A stretch of 64,000 nt of DNA from the human T2T-CHM13v2.0 reference genome, Homo sapiens, in NCBI RefSeq assembly GCF_009914755.1, contig NC_060927.1. One strand, written 5' to 3'. The position numbers and the translations under genes are program-made. The notes below the pieces were generated by a model. The model searched no databases, was not told where the DNA came from, and saw nothing but the letters and a program-made list of their open reading frames with translations. This document shows, piece after piece, positions 1 through 18,876 of this stretch. The stretch's first letter is position 1. Every line of letters starts with the position of its first letter.

Positions 1-1521
1 GCAAGGTGGCTCAAAACCTCCTATTCTGACTGCACAGCCTCAGAAGGCTGTTGCTAGGATAAACAAAGTCAAACAACTTTATTTTCTCTAGGACCCCTGG
101 GAACTTTTAATAGAGAAGTATTTGCTGGGAATCACCAAGAGGAATTTTTAGATACAAAGGAATTTGACTTAAAAAGTCTTATTTTTATGGAGCTTCTGTA
201 CAGACTGATGTTCCATAAAAATGCACTTTGGGAAACTCTATTCTAATTTTTACCTGCATGCTCTAGAGGTCTACATTTCCATTTCCCCCTTATCTAGAGA
301 AACTGATGATTTTATTCAGTCCTTTATCTCTTGGGTCTACCTATTTTTTAACAACCCTACCGACTTTACTGATTCTGTTCTTAAGCCTCAGCCATTTATG
401 GTAGAGTCTTTAGACTTATTTTCTTCTGTCCAGTGATGAAAGCCAGCAGTGATGACAAAAACCTACAAAGCATTCCTTTATGAAATGTGACTCATATCTA
501 GCTTCCCTTTTCCATTTGTTCTGAGAAGTCTAGGCCCTTGATCATCTCTTTTTAGATGACAGCAACAGCTTCTGTTCTAGCTCATTTCCTTGACTCCAGA
601 TTTCCCTTCTAATCAACCTGGCATTTTATGGCCAAATTTGTTTATTACTTCTTTCATTTGCAAGTCTACTCTTCCCATGTAGAGTAGTTCTGCCTACCTA
701 TTAAACTCCTTGTACACTAGGACCAAGTCATACTTCTCCACTGAAATTCTCCACTTTTTGCCAACATAAATGGTTAATTCCAATTTGCCCTCTAAAAATT
801 TGATATTTATTTCTAATGCTAAACATTTCCTTCAGTTGCTCTATCATTTAAAATGGCTTATTTCTTCCCTATATCTATACAAATTCTACCAACCCTTTAA
901 AAAATATATCTCATACCAGGTTTTTAACAAGGATTCTATTGATCTTTATCTTAGCTTAATTCTTACAGTATTGAGAATTTGAAGCTGGGATGATTTAAGA
1001 TCATCTCATGGATTTAGACATATAGTTTCGCCAGCATCCAAGGCTTTTTACTTCCTCCTATATACCATGATTTTGAATTGAGAATATTCAGTCAGGTAGA
1101 TGACTAGACAACTTGGTTCCTTAAATATTTGTGTGCTGGCATTTACTTACAACTGAGATTATCACAAATAATAATGTATAACTCATTCTAATAGGAAGCT
1201 ATGTAAAATATTGATAGAGAACTAATCCTAATTAACTATTGTTTCAGGCAATATGCCTATAAATTTTATAAGAGAAAGAAAGGAAAGAAACTAACAATAT
1301 TAAAGAATAAATTAACAGATTACAGTTGCAGTGTTGCAGATGCCTCTATAAAGTGGTTTGCTCTTTCTGAGTAATAATCTGACAATAAAAATAAATGCCA
1401 CATGGTTGTATATAACCTTTGACCCAATAAGTCTTCTTGGATCACGATAGCAAGACAAAATGGGGAAAAGTAAGTAACATAAATACTGCAACTCTGTGAC
1501 ATAATTGAAAGTAACAAATAT

Positions 1522-1799
<278 letters not shown>

Positions 1800-2067
1800 T
1801 TAATATATGAAAATGCTCACATACTTTATATGTGTGTACCATATTTAGTAAAAAGAAAATAGAAAATGGTAGGTAAGTATGGATTATGACAATTTCAGGG
1901 AAATATTTTAATTACAATTGATAATTGAAGAAGTAAAATTAAATGTTCATTACATTTACAATAATATCTGTTATTGGCAGAGCTTGTTAGAATTTTCATA
2001 TATGTGTGCTTTCATATATGTACTTGAAAACACAATTTTAATATTGTAGAATAGTAGCTGTACTCAC

Positions 2068-2182
2068 CTTCCCATCTGGGAGCTCCATGTAGCCTTCTAT
2101 ATCAGTAGTGATTGTTTTGCCAAATCGACCTAGTGATCCCTGCAGCTTGAGACCGGTGAACGTAAAAGCCATTTCCCAGAAC
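2068..2182 (-). CDS. CFAP44: CFAP44 coding exon 7 in window (WD-repeat region; gene continues left of window)
   Basis: ttgtag|G acceptor and AAG|gtgagt donor. Translates [38 protein letters not shown], in phase with the upstream exon. Confidence 0.95.
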
Positions 2183-2426
2183 CTACAAACAAGAAAGAGA
2201 CTGAATGTACCTCAAAGATATTTTATTGATTTTTATTTTAATATGACCCAAACATTTACATATTTCATAGTTGCATATATTATTCCATTCATTCATTCAT
2301 TTATCTGATTAAGATTTATTAAGTATCTACTACCTGTCCGGCAAGGTTGTAGGCAATGTGAATTCTGCAATGATCAAAACAGGCGAAAAATAAAATTTCC
2401 TGCTTTCATGCATCTTATATTTTAGG

Positions 2427-2636
2427 GCTGTGCTACCTAATGCAGTACCCTCCAGCTATGTGTGACTATTTAAATTTAGATTTAAAGTAATTAACATTAA
2501 ATAAAATCAACATTTTAGTGTTTCAGTCACACTAGCCAATTTCAAGTGCTCAGTAACTACATGTGGCTGGCAGCTATTGTATTAGACAGCATAGAACATT
2601 CCCAGTCTGTCAGAAAGTTCTATTAGACAGTATTGT
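2427..2636. mobile_element. MER3-like hAT DNA transposon
   Basis: Resembles the MER3 consensus (cacactagcc...tcaagtgctcagta...tagaacatt...agaaagttctattagacag). Confidence 0.75.
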
Positions 2637-3723
2637 TTTAGAAGACATAAAAGTTTTCCAAAGAATTCTAATTTACTAGCTGTGTGACTTTGAGCACTTT
2701 TCTAGATCACCCTGTGCCTTCATTTTCTCAGGTATAAAATGAGAAAATTAGTAACATCTACCTCATAGAATTGTTGAAAAATTCTTAGAACAGTGCCTGT
2801 CATATCAAAGCAATCAATAAATGTTATTACTAACATTTTCTTATTAATAGTCTAAACAAATGGACAGGATGATGAAGACCATGTAGAAAAAGAAGACCTA
2901 TCCAAGTAGATATAAAATAGATAATGGAGAGTATCAACAAGCCAATGATACAAAGCTAAAAGCCTAGATAGCCAACATCCTCTCCAAAGGAATGGTAGGT
3001 CCCCTGATGATATGCTTCCATATACTCTGGGTTCCTTCATAGCACTTCACACATGAAATTAACTGTTCAATGTCTGCCTTTTCCCCAAAGATATGGGGCA
3101 TAGAAAATACAGATTTTACTAAATAATCAGAAAATATAAGAAATTGGAAAATTTTCACATATAGCTAGCAGAAGGTTATTTGACAATTCCCCAAAGATTA
3201 CAATTAAAAATCTGCTCAATTAGTCTATATTTCTAATAAATGAATAACAAAAAGACCAGATTTAAATTGAGACAAGAGGAAGTCAGGATGGATAAAAATG
3301 TCTTTCTCTTAGAGACACTGATAATCAAGTTATGGGAAGCTCTGGGGTGGTAGAAGATTGTTACGCAAATGCATGAGACAAAGTGGAAGAAAGAGAGAGA
3401 AAGACAAGATCATTCCATCCCGGAAATAGACGAGGGTATGATATAATGAAAAGAGCATGGAGTTTGGAGCAAGACCTAAGATCAAGAGTAGGTTCTGCCA
3501 CTGTTTCGTATTGAGTGTTCCTTGTCAGGAATGATAGTGTGATAATTCTTGTTTTACAGATGAAGACTGAGTTGCTACAAAAAAGAAATTCAGTAGTGGA
3601 TGTGAAAGCTCAGTATGAATTTGGAAATACCATCCCAATGTTAGTTATTAAGACACTACATAAACTCTTTTAGGAGGTGGAGCCTATAAGAAGGCAGCAG
3701 GCTATATTTAAAAATCCTTATTT

Positions 3724-4030
<307 letters not shown>

Positions 4031-4243
4031 TTATCTATGCTGTTTGCAGAAATAAAATCCCACATATCTAATTAGAAAAGGTGCATTACTAGTTAGCTTT
4101 TAAAATAACATATTTTTAAATAATTCTAATGTTAACCAAAACAGCAAAAAAAAAAAAAAAAAAAAAAGTCTCCAGCTCTTAGATCCTCTTAGAAAAATAC
4201 TCCTGTGATATCTACTGGCACCTCTATTGGTTACCCAACCTAC

Positions 4244-4460
4244 TTGATGTGGCCTGATCCCGATGTAGTAAGCTGCTCTTCATTATCAGGATTGAAAGTA
4301 ACCTTAAAAACTTCCTGAGAAAAAGCTTTTGTCCTTAGTATGGGTTGTTCTTCTTTCCAGTTCCAGATAGTCAGTGTGTAGTCAGGGTTACTACCAACAG
4401 AGGCCAGCAAGTTACCGCTGTAGTTAAAGTCCACATAAGCATATCCCTTCTCAGTCCCAT
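4244..4460 (-). CDS. CFAP44: CFAP44 coding exon 6
   Basis: ccag|AT acceptor and AA|gtaggt donor. Translates [35 protein letters not shown]...SGSGHIK (WD40 motif; ORF 4240..4497). Confidence 0.96.
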
Positions 4461-4747
4461 CTGGAAGGATAAATGGAAGCCTAATAAATAAGGACACATT
4501 TATTTCATTTTCAAAAACATATTGTAAAAAAAAGAGAGGGAGTCAGCCCATGGTGATGTAAGAATGCCAAGAATACCCTAAAGGAACAATTCCAAAAACA
4601 TTCTCCATCTTTGGCTTTAGAATGAATTATGTGATATGAAAGGGGAGGGTAAAGAAGTCTTAATCACATATTGCATGAGAAAAACACTTTGAGAACATAT
4701 TCCATTTTATGACTTGGGGAGAAACACAAACGCATATTAGATAGCAG

Positions 4748-7526
<2,779 letters not shown>

Positions 7527-7545
7527 ATTCCATTAAATATATCTC

Positions 7546-10500
7546 TTTTATTTCTTCTAAAAAAAAAAAGATACATGTGCAGAACGTGCAAGTTTGTTAC
7601 ATAGGTATATGTGTGCCATGGTGGTCTGCTGCACCTATTGACCTGTCCTCTAAGTTCCTTCCCCTCACCCCCACCCCCCAACAGGCCCTGGTGTGTGTTG
7701 TTACCCTCTCTGTGTCCATGTGTTCTCAATCTTCAACTCCCATTTATGAGTCAGAACACACAGCATTTGGTTTTCTGTTCCTGTGTTAGTTTGCTGAGGA
7801 TGATGGCTTCCAGCTTCATCCATGTCCCTGCAGAGGACATGATCTCATTCCTTTTTATGGCTACATAGTATTCCATGATGTATATGTACCACATTTTCTT
7901 CATCCAGTCTATCATTGATGGGCACTTGGGTTGGTTCCACGTCTTTGCTATTGTAAATAGTGTTGTAATAAACATACGTGTGCATGTCTCTTTACAGCAG
8001 AATGATTTATATTCCTTTGGGTATATAACCAGTAATGGTATTGCTGGGTCAAATGGCATTTCTGGTTGTAGATCCTTGAGGAATCGCCATACTGTCTTCA
8101 ACAATGGTTGAATTAATTTACATTCCCACCAAAAGTGTAAAAGCATTCCTATTTCTCCAGAGCCTCGCCAGCATCTACTGTTTCCTGACTTTTTAATAAT
8201 TGCCATTCTGACTGGCATGAGATGGTATCTCATTGTAGTTTTGATTTGCATTTCTCTGATGATCAGTGATGTTGAGCTTTTTTTCATATGCTTGTTGGCT
8301 GCATAGATGTATTCTTTTGAGAAGTATCTGTTCATATCCTTTGCCCACTTTTTGATGGAATTTTTTTTTCTTGTAAACATGTTTAAGTTCCTTGTAAATT
8401 CTGGATATTAGACCTTTGTCAGATGGGTAGATTGCAAAAATTTTCTCCCTCTCTGTAGGTTGCTTGTTCACTCTAATGATAGTTTATTTTGCTGTGCAGA
8501 AGCTCTTTAGTTTAATTAACTCTCTTTTGTCAATTTTGGCTTTTGTTGCAATTGCTTTTGGCTTTTTTGTCATGAAGTCTTTGCCCATGCCTATGTCCTG
8601 AATGGTATTGCCTAGGTTTTCTTCTAGGGTTTTTATGGTTTTGGATTTTACATTTAAGTCTTTAATCCATCTTGAGTTAATTTTTGTATAAGGTGTAAGG
8701 AAGAGGTCCAGTCTCAGTTTCCTGCATTTGACTAGCCACTTTTCCCAGCACCACTTACTGAATAGGAAATCCTTTCCCCGTTGCTTGTTTTTGTCAGGTT
8801 TGCCAAAGATCAGATGTGTGGTGTTATTTCTGAGGTCTCTGTTCTGCTCCATTGGTCTATATGTCTGTTTTGGTACCAGTACCATGCTGTTTTGTTTACT
8901 GTAGCCTTGTAGTATAGTTTGAAGTCAGGTAGTGTGATGCCTCCAGCTTTGTTCTTTTTGCTTAGGACTGTCTTGACTGTATGGGGTCTTCTTTGATTCC
9001 ACGTGAAACTTAAAATCACTTTTTCTAATTCTGTGAAGAATGCTAATGGTAGTTTGATGGGAATAGCATTGAATCTATAAATTACTTTGGGCAGTATGGC
9101 CATTTTCACAACATTGATTCTTTCTATCCATGAGCATGAATGTTTTTCCGTTTGTTTGTGTCCTCTCTTACTTCCTTGAGCAGTGGTTTGTAGTTCTCCT
9201 TGAAGAGGTCCTTCACATCCCTTGTTAGCTGTATTCCTAGGTATTTTATTCTCTTTGTAGTGATTGTGAATGGAAGTTCATTCATGATTTGGCTCTCTGC
9301 TTGTCTATTGTTGATGTATAGGAATGCTTGTGATTTTTGCACATTGATTTTGTATCCTGAGACTTTGCTGAAGTTGCTTATCAGCTTAAGGAGATTTTGG
9401 GCTGAGATGATGGGGTTTTCTAAATATAAAGTCATGTCATCTGCAAACAGTGACAACTTGACTTCCTCTCTTCCTATCTGAATACGCTTCATTTCTTTCT
9501 CTTGCCTGATTTCCCTGTCCAGAACTTCCAATACTATGTTGAATAGGAGTGGTGAGAGAGGGCATCCTTGTCTTGTACCAGTTTTCAAAGAGAATGCTTC
9601 CAACTTTTGCCCATTCAATATGATATTGGCTGTGGGTTTGTCATAAATAGCACTTATTATTTTAAGATATATTCCATCAATACCTAGTTTATTGAGAGTT
9701 TTTGAAATGAAGGGATGTTAAATTTTGTTGAAGGCCTTTTCTGCATCTATTGAGATAATCATGTGGTTTTTGTCTTTGGTTCTGTTTATGTGATGGATTA
9801 CGTTTATTGATCTGTGTATGTTGAACCAGCCTTGCATACCAGGGATGAAGGCGGCGTGATCATGGTGGATACGTTTTTCGATGTGCTGCTGGATTTGGTT
9901 TGCCAGTATTTTATTGAAGATTTTTGCATCGATGTTCATCAGGGATATTGGCCTGAGGTTTTCTTTTTTTTGTTATGTCTCTTCCCGGTTTTGGTATCAG
10001 GATGATGCTGGCTTCGTAAAATGAGTTAGGAAGGAGTCTCTCCTTTTCAAATGTCTGGAATAGTTTCAGAAGGAATGGTACCAGCTCCTCTTTGTATTTC
10101 TAGTAGAATTCTGCTGTGAATCTATGTGGTCCTGGAGTTTTTTTTTGGTTGGTAGGCTATTAATTACTGCCTCAATTTCAGAGCATGTTATTGGTCTATT
10201 CAGGGATTCAACTTCTTTCTGGTTTAGCCTTGGTAGGGTGTATGCATCCAGGAATTTATCCATTTCTTCTAGATTTTCTAGTTTATTTGCATAGAGGTAT
10301 CTATGGTATTTTCTGATGGTAGTCTGTATTTCTGTGGGTTCAGTGGTGATTTCCCCTTTATTACTTTTTATTGCATCTATTTGATTCTTCTCTCCCTTCT
10401 TCCTTATTAGTCTAGCTAGTGGTGTACCTATGTTGTTAATTTTTTCAAAAAAACAGCTCCTGGATTCATTGATTTTTTTGGAGGGTTTTTCTGTCTCTAT

Positions 10501-11536
10501 CTCCTTCTGTTCTTCTCTGATCTTAGTTATTTCTTATCTTCTGCTACCTTTTGGATTCATTTGCTCTTGCCTCTCTAGTTCATTTAATTGTGATGTTAGG
10601 GTGTCAATCTGAGATCTTTCTGGCTTTTTGATGTGGGTATTTAGTGCTATAAAATTCCCTCTTAACACTGCTTTAGCTGTGTCCTAGAGATTCTGGTATA
10701 TCCTCTCTTTGTTCTCATTGGTTTCAAAGAACTTCTTGATTTCTGCCTTAATTTCATTATTTACACAGGAGTCATTCAGGAGCAGGTTGTTCAATTTCCA
10801 TGAAGTTGTGTGGTTTTTAGTGAGTTTCTTAATCCTGAGTTCTAATTTGATTGCACTGTGGTCTGAGAGACTGTTATGATTTCAACTCTTATGCATTTGC
10901 TGAGGAGTGTTTTACTTCCAATTATGTGGTCGATTTTAGAATAAGTATCATGTGGCACTGAGAAGAATGTATATTCTGTAGATTTGGAGTAGGGGAGAGC
11001 TCTGTAGAGGTCTATCAGGTCCACTTGATCCAGAGTTGAGTTCAAGTCCTGAATATCCTTGTTAATTTTCTGTCTCATTGATTTAATATTGACAGTGGGG
11101 TGTTAAATTCTCCCACTACTATTGTGTGGGAGTCTAAGTCTCTTAGTAGGTCTCTAAGAACTTGTTTTATGAATCGGGGTGCTCTGTATTGGATGTATAC
11201 ATATTCAGAATAGTTAGCTCTTCTTGAATTGTTCCTGTTACCATTATGTAATGCCCTTGTCTTTTTTGATTTGTGTTAGTTTAAAATCTGCTTTGTCAGA
11301 GACTAAGATTGCAACCCTTGGTGTTTTTTTGTTTTTTTTCCTTTCCATTTACTTGGTAAATTTTCCTCCATTCCTTTGTTTTGAGCCTGTGTGTGTCTTT
11401 GCAGGTAAGATGGGTCTCCAGAATTACAGCACACCAATGGGTCTTGACTCCTTATCCAATTTGCCAGTCTGTGTCTTTTAATTGGGGCATTTAGCCCATT
11501 TACATTTAAGGTTAGTATTGTTGTGTGTGAATTTGA
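7546..11536 (-). mobile_element. L1PA (L1PA7/8-like), 5'-truncated near the ORF2 start, degenerate
   Basis: ORF2 fragments from NSHTTILTLNVNGLN (EN) through RT (LFADDM) to the C-terminus. TSD core atctctttt at 7541 and 11541. Confidence 0.93.
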
Positions 11537-11666
11537 ATAAATCTCTTTTCTGTCTTCCACTAGTTCTGTTTCTCTGGAGAACCTTGACTTATGAAATAAT
11601 GTCACACCTTCTTCAGAATGTTGTTATCCTTGAACATGACATATTTAAATATGCTTCTGGACTCAC

Positions 11667-11769
11667 CTCGAAGGACTCTGTATGGTCTCAGAGAAGGATA
11701 TTCATAGATGATAATATCTGGAAAACTCCCTTTTTCAGCTACTGTGAAATAAGTTTTATGTGGATGAAC
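11667..11769 (-). CDS. CFAP44: CFAP44 coding exon 5
   Basis: ttttgtag|GTT acceptor and GAG|gtgagt donor. Translates [34 protein letters not shown]; 103 nt, phases match neighbours. Confidence 0.95.
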
Positions 11770-12029
11770 CTACAAAAGATAAAATTTCACCAAAATATTA
11801 AAAGAAATATTTTTGTATAAATAGTCTGATTAATGCAGTATTTAGCATCCATTATTTCATAATTTATTAGGCTTTACTCTAATAGAAAACTCAAAAATGG
11901 GCATCAGATAAATATTTAATGATGGATACAATTGAAACTGAAAACTAGAAGAATACACATTTTAAATTTTACTTTAAGACAGCCATTTCTAACTCTACAA
12001 TTTCTTTCATTGCCATTGGAAGAGCTAGA

Positions 12030-12273
12030 ACAATGGTTCTCTATCTTCAATGTGCATCAGAATCCACTAAAGAACTTATTAAAATATAGATTGCAAGCCC
12101 TAACACCCAGAGTTTCTGACTTAATCTGTCAGGCTGGGACTCAAGAATTTGCATTTACATGTCTAATAAGGTAATTTCTAACTGCGTGATTTACATTCTA
12201 ACAAGGTGATTTACATTTCTAACAAGGTGATGTTGATGTAGCTAGTTTGGAGACCTTGCTTTGAGAATCACTG
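12030..12273. mobile_element. MER5A-like hAT element with internal tandem duplication
   Basis: Termini caatggttctc...tttgagaatcactg; the unit gtgatttacatt(t)ctaacaag is repeated. Confidence 0.75.
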
Positions 12274-13176
12274 AGATGAACTGTCTACCCTACATATAAA
12301 TCAACCTAAATTTTGTATAGAAAAATTCATGGAATGTATGGGATTCTTGTTTCCAGACCAGGTTACATCACAATTTTTAAAATTTCACTGTGGAAAAAGT
12401 TACAAACGAATGTAAACTTACCAGAAGTAAGAAAGATATAATATTTCCAAACCAGACACAGAGGAAAATACAGTAAGTATGCCCTGGATAAACTATTTGT
12501 GTCAGTATTTTCAAAGATAGCCATATAAGTTGGATAAAATAGTATGGTCATTTCTGTTATTTTTGTCTATTGGTAAGCCAAATGTGTAGGAAGGGTAAAT
12601 GGCCAGCCAAAAAATGAAAATAAAAATAAGCTGTTATAAGGATAAGCTATTTAAAACACATATTATGCTTATAAAATTCTGTTTTCAGATATTATTTCAC
12701 ATCCCCTGATTATATATAAGACAAAGAGCCTGGTTCTCAGATATAGATTGCTAATCCTGGTACCCAAGATAACATTATTTCCTTTAAATTTTATACCAAC
12801 CTTGTGAGCTTGGATACCATTATTATCTCCATCTTATTGATGAGTAAACTGAGGCACAGAGTTCAAGTAACTTGCCTGCAGTCACACAGTCTACAATGTG
12901 TTAAGTGTAAGAGATAGGATTCAAGCCAAGTATCAGAGTCAAGAAGCAAACGGGCCTAAGAAATAGTAGATCTCAAGGAGGTGGGGGACATGGATTAAGA
13001 CCATATCTATCTAGATTCCCATTTGTAAAGAAATATGGTGTAGAACATATGGTCAAAGAAATCTGGATGAAGATTCATGCAAATCCTTTACCCTTCTAGG
13101 TCTTGTCTACAGTAAATTAAAAAGTTTCTGCCTCATATTGGAAACTGCTGTGGGGTTGAGTTTGGGAGTTTTATTT

Positions 13177-13567
<391 letters not shown>

Positions 13568-13840
13568 TAGTAAATCATTTACTTTACACTCAACATAGAG
13601 GTTCACCCTACCTTTTCCAGGTAGGGTGCCCAAACACTTTTCTCATAGGTTTCTCATAGCCTTGCTAAAGTATTTCTGAACCATAACTGGATAACTGTTT
13701 CAGAAAAGATGAGGTAACACGGACAGTGGAGGCAAGGCCTCTGTCACTACCCAGGCTTCAACAGCTCCAGCACACATGAAGAAAAGGCCTTGTGGACATA
13801 AAACTGCTCAACATCCAGGTGGATGAGAGTTAGGATTAGC

Positions 13841-14225
<385 letters not shown>

Positions 14226-15166
14226 TAAAATAGAAATTTTAAAACTATTACTGCCATAAAGTAATAGATAAATATGTGATAATTAGATGTTTCTTGGTCC
14301 CCTGCAGATGGTGTGGACCTCAGGGCTCCTGAAACCTCATAGGCTCCGACTGACTTCCCTCCACAAAATCCACGACCCTTACGTTGGGCCCATGGCTATC
14401 TGCACACAGTTATTGCCACATTATCATGTACTTGTGTGTCTAGTTTTTTTTTCTTTTTACAAATATAGGTCTTGTCTCTTTAGATGGATTTTAAACTCTG
14501 AATTCATACAGGTCATGAGTTCTTCTTCATTTAAATTCCCCATTATATGTTCTGTGTAGTGTTGGATGCACAGTATTACATAATAAATTATTGCTGAACT
14601 TATTAATTAGTCTTATAACAAACTCTCCGAGGACATGGACTTTTATCATGTATACATACTATATATAGATAGATGATCAAGAAAGAAACAAACATGATAG
14701 TATCTTTCACTCCATATATCTCAACATATCCTGTTTCCATAGTCAATCTATGTCTACATCCTATGTGTGTGTCTCACATTTTCCTCACCTTCTCCATTCC
14801 CATGGCCATGTGCCTGCTTCAGTCTTCAGATTAAGATTCTTTAAAATCTCCTCACTCATCTCCACTTCTAATCTAAATATGAAAAACTTGCACGACTATG
14901 GGGAAGTCACCTAACCTCTATAAGCCCATTTCCTTATCTGCAAAAAGACATAATAATATTATAATAGTGCACAGAGGTAGTGACAGTGAATGAGTGTCTG
15001 TAATAACTGAATTGAAAATGCCTTGGAATAAAGACAGCTGTGCATCTCATGTGAACCCACAATACTGTGCATGGTGTTGGCATCTAACAACCATGTTGGC
15101 TGGTCCACAGAACAAGCAAAAAGATAGGGTTTTTTGGGGTTTTTTTCTAATTTATTGAAGGCATAC

Positions 15167-15329
15167 CCCAATGACGCCAATTCCTTCACCACTGCTACTT
15201 CGCAGGTAGATCTGTTCCTTGGTTTTCAAATTCAGAAAGATCAGTTGGTTCCCAGCTATGTATATGGCGATACTGTCGTCCAGAAGTTGTAGGTTGGCTC
15301 GCTTTCTACAGTCATAACCAAAAGAATGT
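15167..15329 (-). CDS. CFAP44: CFAP44 coding exon 4
   Basis: ccctcag|A acceptor and GGG|gtatgc donor. Translates [54 protein letters not shown]. Confidence 0.95.
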
Positions 15330-16149
15330 CTGAGGGAAAGTTGCTAAGGAAAAGAAGTGAAAAACACTACCATCCTAGGGATTGGAAAAGTGATGAAATA
15401 AATTTTTAAATCTATACTCTTAGATGAAGATGTGAGGTTGAAGTAGTTGAATTTTACCCTGAAACTCATGATTTTTCTACATATTACTAACAATTTTGTT
15501 TTTAAATTAGGTGAGAAAAAAAAGGCCTGGGCAGGAAAACAATAAACAAATAAATAAATAAATCAGGTGACTATCCCCATACTCTGATTTGGTTACTATT
15601 TTAATTTTCCTGGGGAAATCCTGAGAGCCCATTAATTGTTTTTGCAAAAATAAATAAGGTTAAACCTATTTGGGTACCACAGGCAGCAAAACTGTCACCT
15701 AAATAATTTTATTTTCCTCTCTCCCACTAAAACTAAATCATACTGTATAACATGGGAGAAAGTCTGTATCTTCATCACCTTTGTATTCACAATGCCTGTT
15801 AAGTTTGTTGACTAACCACAGTAAAAATATTACGTAGGCCTTTTCCTTGATGTTGAAAGACAAGATGCTTAAAATTCTAACAAACATGTTTGTAAAATTT
15901 TAACACACCATTTGATAACATGATTATAATAAATTCACATAAATATAACTAAAATTTAATTCATATCAACAAATTATGAAAATTGATTTATAGCATATAA
16001 ATATATATGTAATTAATAGACTAACATTTCTTTTCTGAGCTTATTAGTATATGTATTGGTGTGTAGGTAACTAGTGTGTGTGTATATGTATGTGTTTGTG
16101 TGTATGTATGCTATAGAGTAAAATTGTACTAATTCAAAATAGAGTGGGA

Positions 16150-17157
16150 CCTAACTCAACTAAAGAGTTTCTGTACTGCAAAATAAACCATCAACAGATT
16201 AAACAGACAACCTACAGAATGGGAGAAAATATTCCCAAACTATGCATCTGACAAAGGGCTAATATCCAAAATCTATAAGGAACTTAAAGAAATCAACAAG
16301 AAAAAAATAACCCCACTAAAAAGCAGGCAGAGGACTTCAATAGACACTTTTCAAAAGAAGACATGCAAGCGACCAACAAACATGAAAAACGCTCCACATC
16401 ACTAATCATCAGTGAGATGCAAATCAAAACCACAATGAGATACCATCTCATACCAGTCAGAATGGCTATCATTAAAAAGTCAAAAAATGAGAGATGTTGG
16501 TGAGGCTACAGACAAAAGCGAATGCTTATATACTATCAGTGAGAATGTAAATCAGTTCAGCCACTGTGGAAAGCAGTTTGAAGATCTCTGAAAGAACTAA
16601 AAATAGAACTACCATTCAACCTAGTAATCCAATTACTGGGGATATACCCAAAGGAAAATCATTGTACCAAAAAGACACATGCACTCATATGTTTATCACA
16701 GCACTATTTATAACAGCAAAGACATGGAATCAACCTAGATACCCATCAGTGGTGCACTGGATAACGAAAATGTGGCATATATACACCATGAAATACTATA
16801 CAGCCGTGAAAAGAATGAAATCATGTCCTTTGCATCAGCATGGATGCAGCAGGAGGCCATTATCCTAAGCAAATTAATGCAGAAACAGAAAACCAAATAT
16901 TGCATGTTCTCACTTATAAGTGGGAGCTAAATCTTGAGTACACACAGACACAAAGACAGGAACGACAGACACTAGGGATTCCAAAGGGAGGGAGGGAGGG
17001 AGGGGGCACGGCTGAAAAACTTCCTATTGGGTACTATGTTCACTATGTGGGTGATGAGATCAACAGAAGCCCTAACCTCAGTATCACACAATATATCCTT
17101 AAAACAAACCTGCATGTGTACCCTCTGTATCTAAAATAAATATATTTTTTTAAAAAA
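16150..17157 (+). mobile_element. L1 3' fragment (L1PB-like)
   Basis: ORF2 C-terminal similarity (ORF 16566..16868), L1 3'UTR and terminal AATAAA. Confidence 0.88.
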
Positions 17158-18226
17158 GAGGTATAAAAATCTAAGTTATATAAAACATCTTTTAAATGTA
17201 TATTGTTAGTATGTTTAAGTCAAAATTAATATGCCCAAAATATAAATATAATAAGCAAGTTAAATGAGCTCAATCTATGAAAAAAACTAGAGCTGACAAA
17301 AGAAGCATATCCTATAGTGTAGCTTAAGCAGATAGATTCTTTGTTCACAATAATTTGTTGCTGAACATCAGAGTTGAAGGATCATTGGAGGAATTTGTAT
17401 TTCTTGAGCCCTTGTTTAAAAACAAATTCTGATTTTAGAGAATTCCACTTATTCATAAGTAAATAATAATTTTCAGAGAAAGAAATTATGGAAAGTTTTA
17501 ACAAGAAGAAAATGTAGAATGTAAAAAGAGAAGATTTACATTAATGCAATTTAAATTGTGAAATATAAACAAATTATAACCAACCACAAGCAGCCTATCT
17601 CATTACCAAATGGTTAAACTGAAAGAGAGAGATAAAGCATTTCAGGGTACTAGATCTGTTCAAGAAAAAGAAATTTTATAAATTTAATAAAGACATAAAT
17701 GCCTAAAATTAAATCTTGTATAGAAATGTGAATGAATATGTGATCCAAAGATGTAAATGAAGCTATTCAAGCCTCCTGGAGGAAGTTTTGCCCACCGGTT
17801 TTTTTCTTTCCTTCAAACCACTGCTCTCACATCCCCTTCTTCCCTTTCTTTCTTTCCCTCTTCCCAGGTGGCAATATGATACCTCAGAAGGCTAAAGCAT
17901 GTTAGTAGCTATGAGAATAGAAATTGGTTACCATCTCTTCACTACTTTAGATGAAAATTAGGAATTGGAGAAATTATCATTTATCTAATATTATTATCTT
18001 TAATTTTAGCAGGAAAACTCCCTTTTACATGCTGCTGCCCTGATAAAAGGCTCTTTCAAACCCAGAATGGATCAGATTGTAACTTCTCAAATTCTCCCCC
18101 TCTAAATTACAACTTACTGAGGGCAAAGACTGCTTCTCTCCATCTCTATTTCCCAGAATGCCTAACACACTGTCTTCAGCCTATTGGCTATTCAGGAAAT
18201 GTTTGTTGAACTAATGAATTCATTAA

Positions 18227-18590
<364 letters not shown>

Positions 18591-18876
18591 TGATCCTTTC
18601 CTTTTAATCCCAGAAGACAGTGGCAGACCCTTAGTAGAGTTCTGAAAATCTTAAAATGTGTTCTGATGTACCTTCAGCTCCCTTTGTCTTATCTCACCCT
18701 CTCTTCTGGCTTGCCTCTTCTTAAATTCCTGTCAAAGACCTAAAGCTTTCAATGTTTTTTCATGGCCATCTAGAAACTTCACTTTAAAATTGTTTAAACA
18801 CTGTTAAGTTCTGTATAATCTCTTTTAAAATTATACCATGGTTTAAGTAATACTTTATAAATGGCACATTTCTTGC

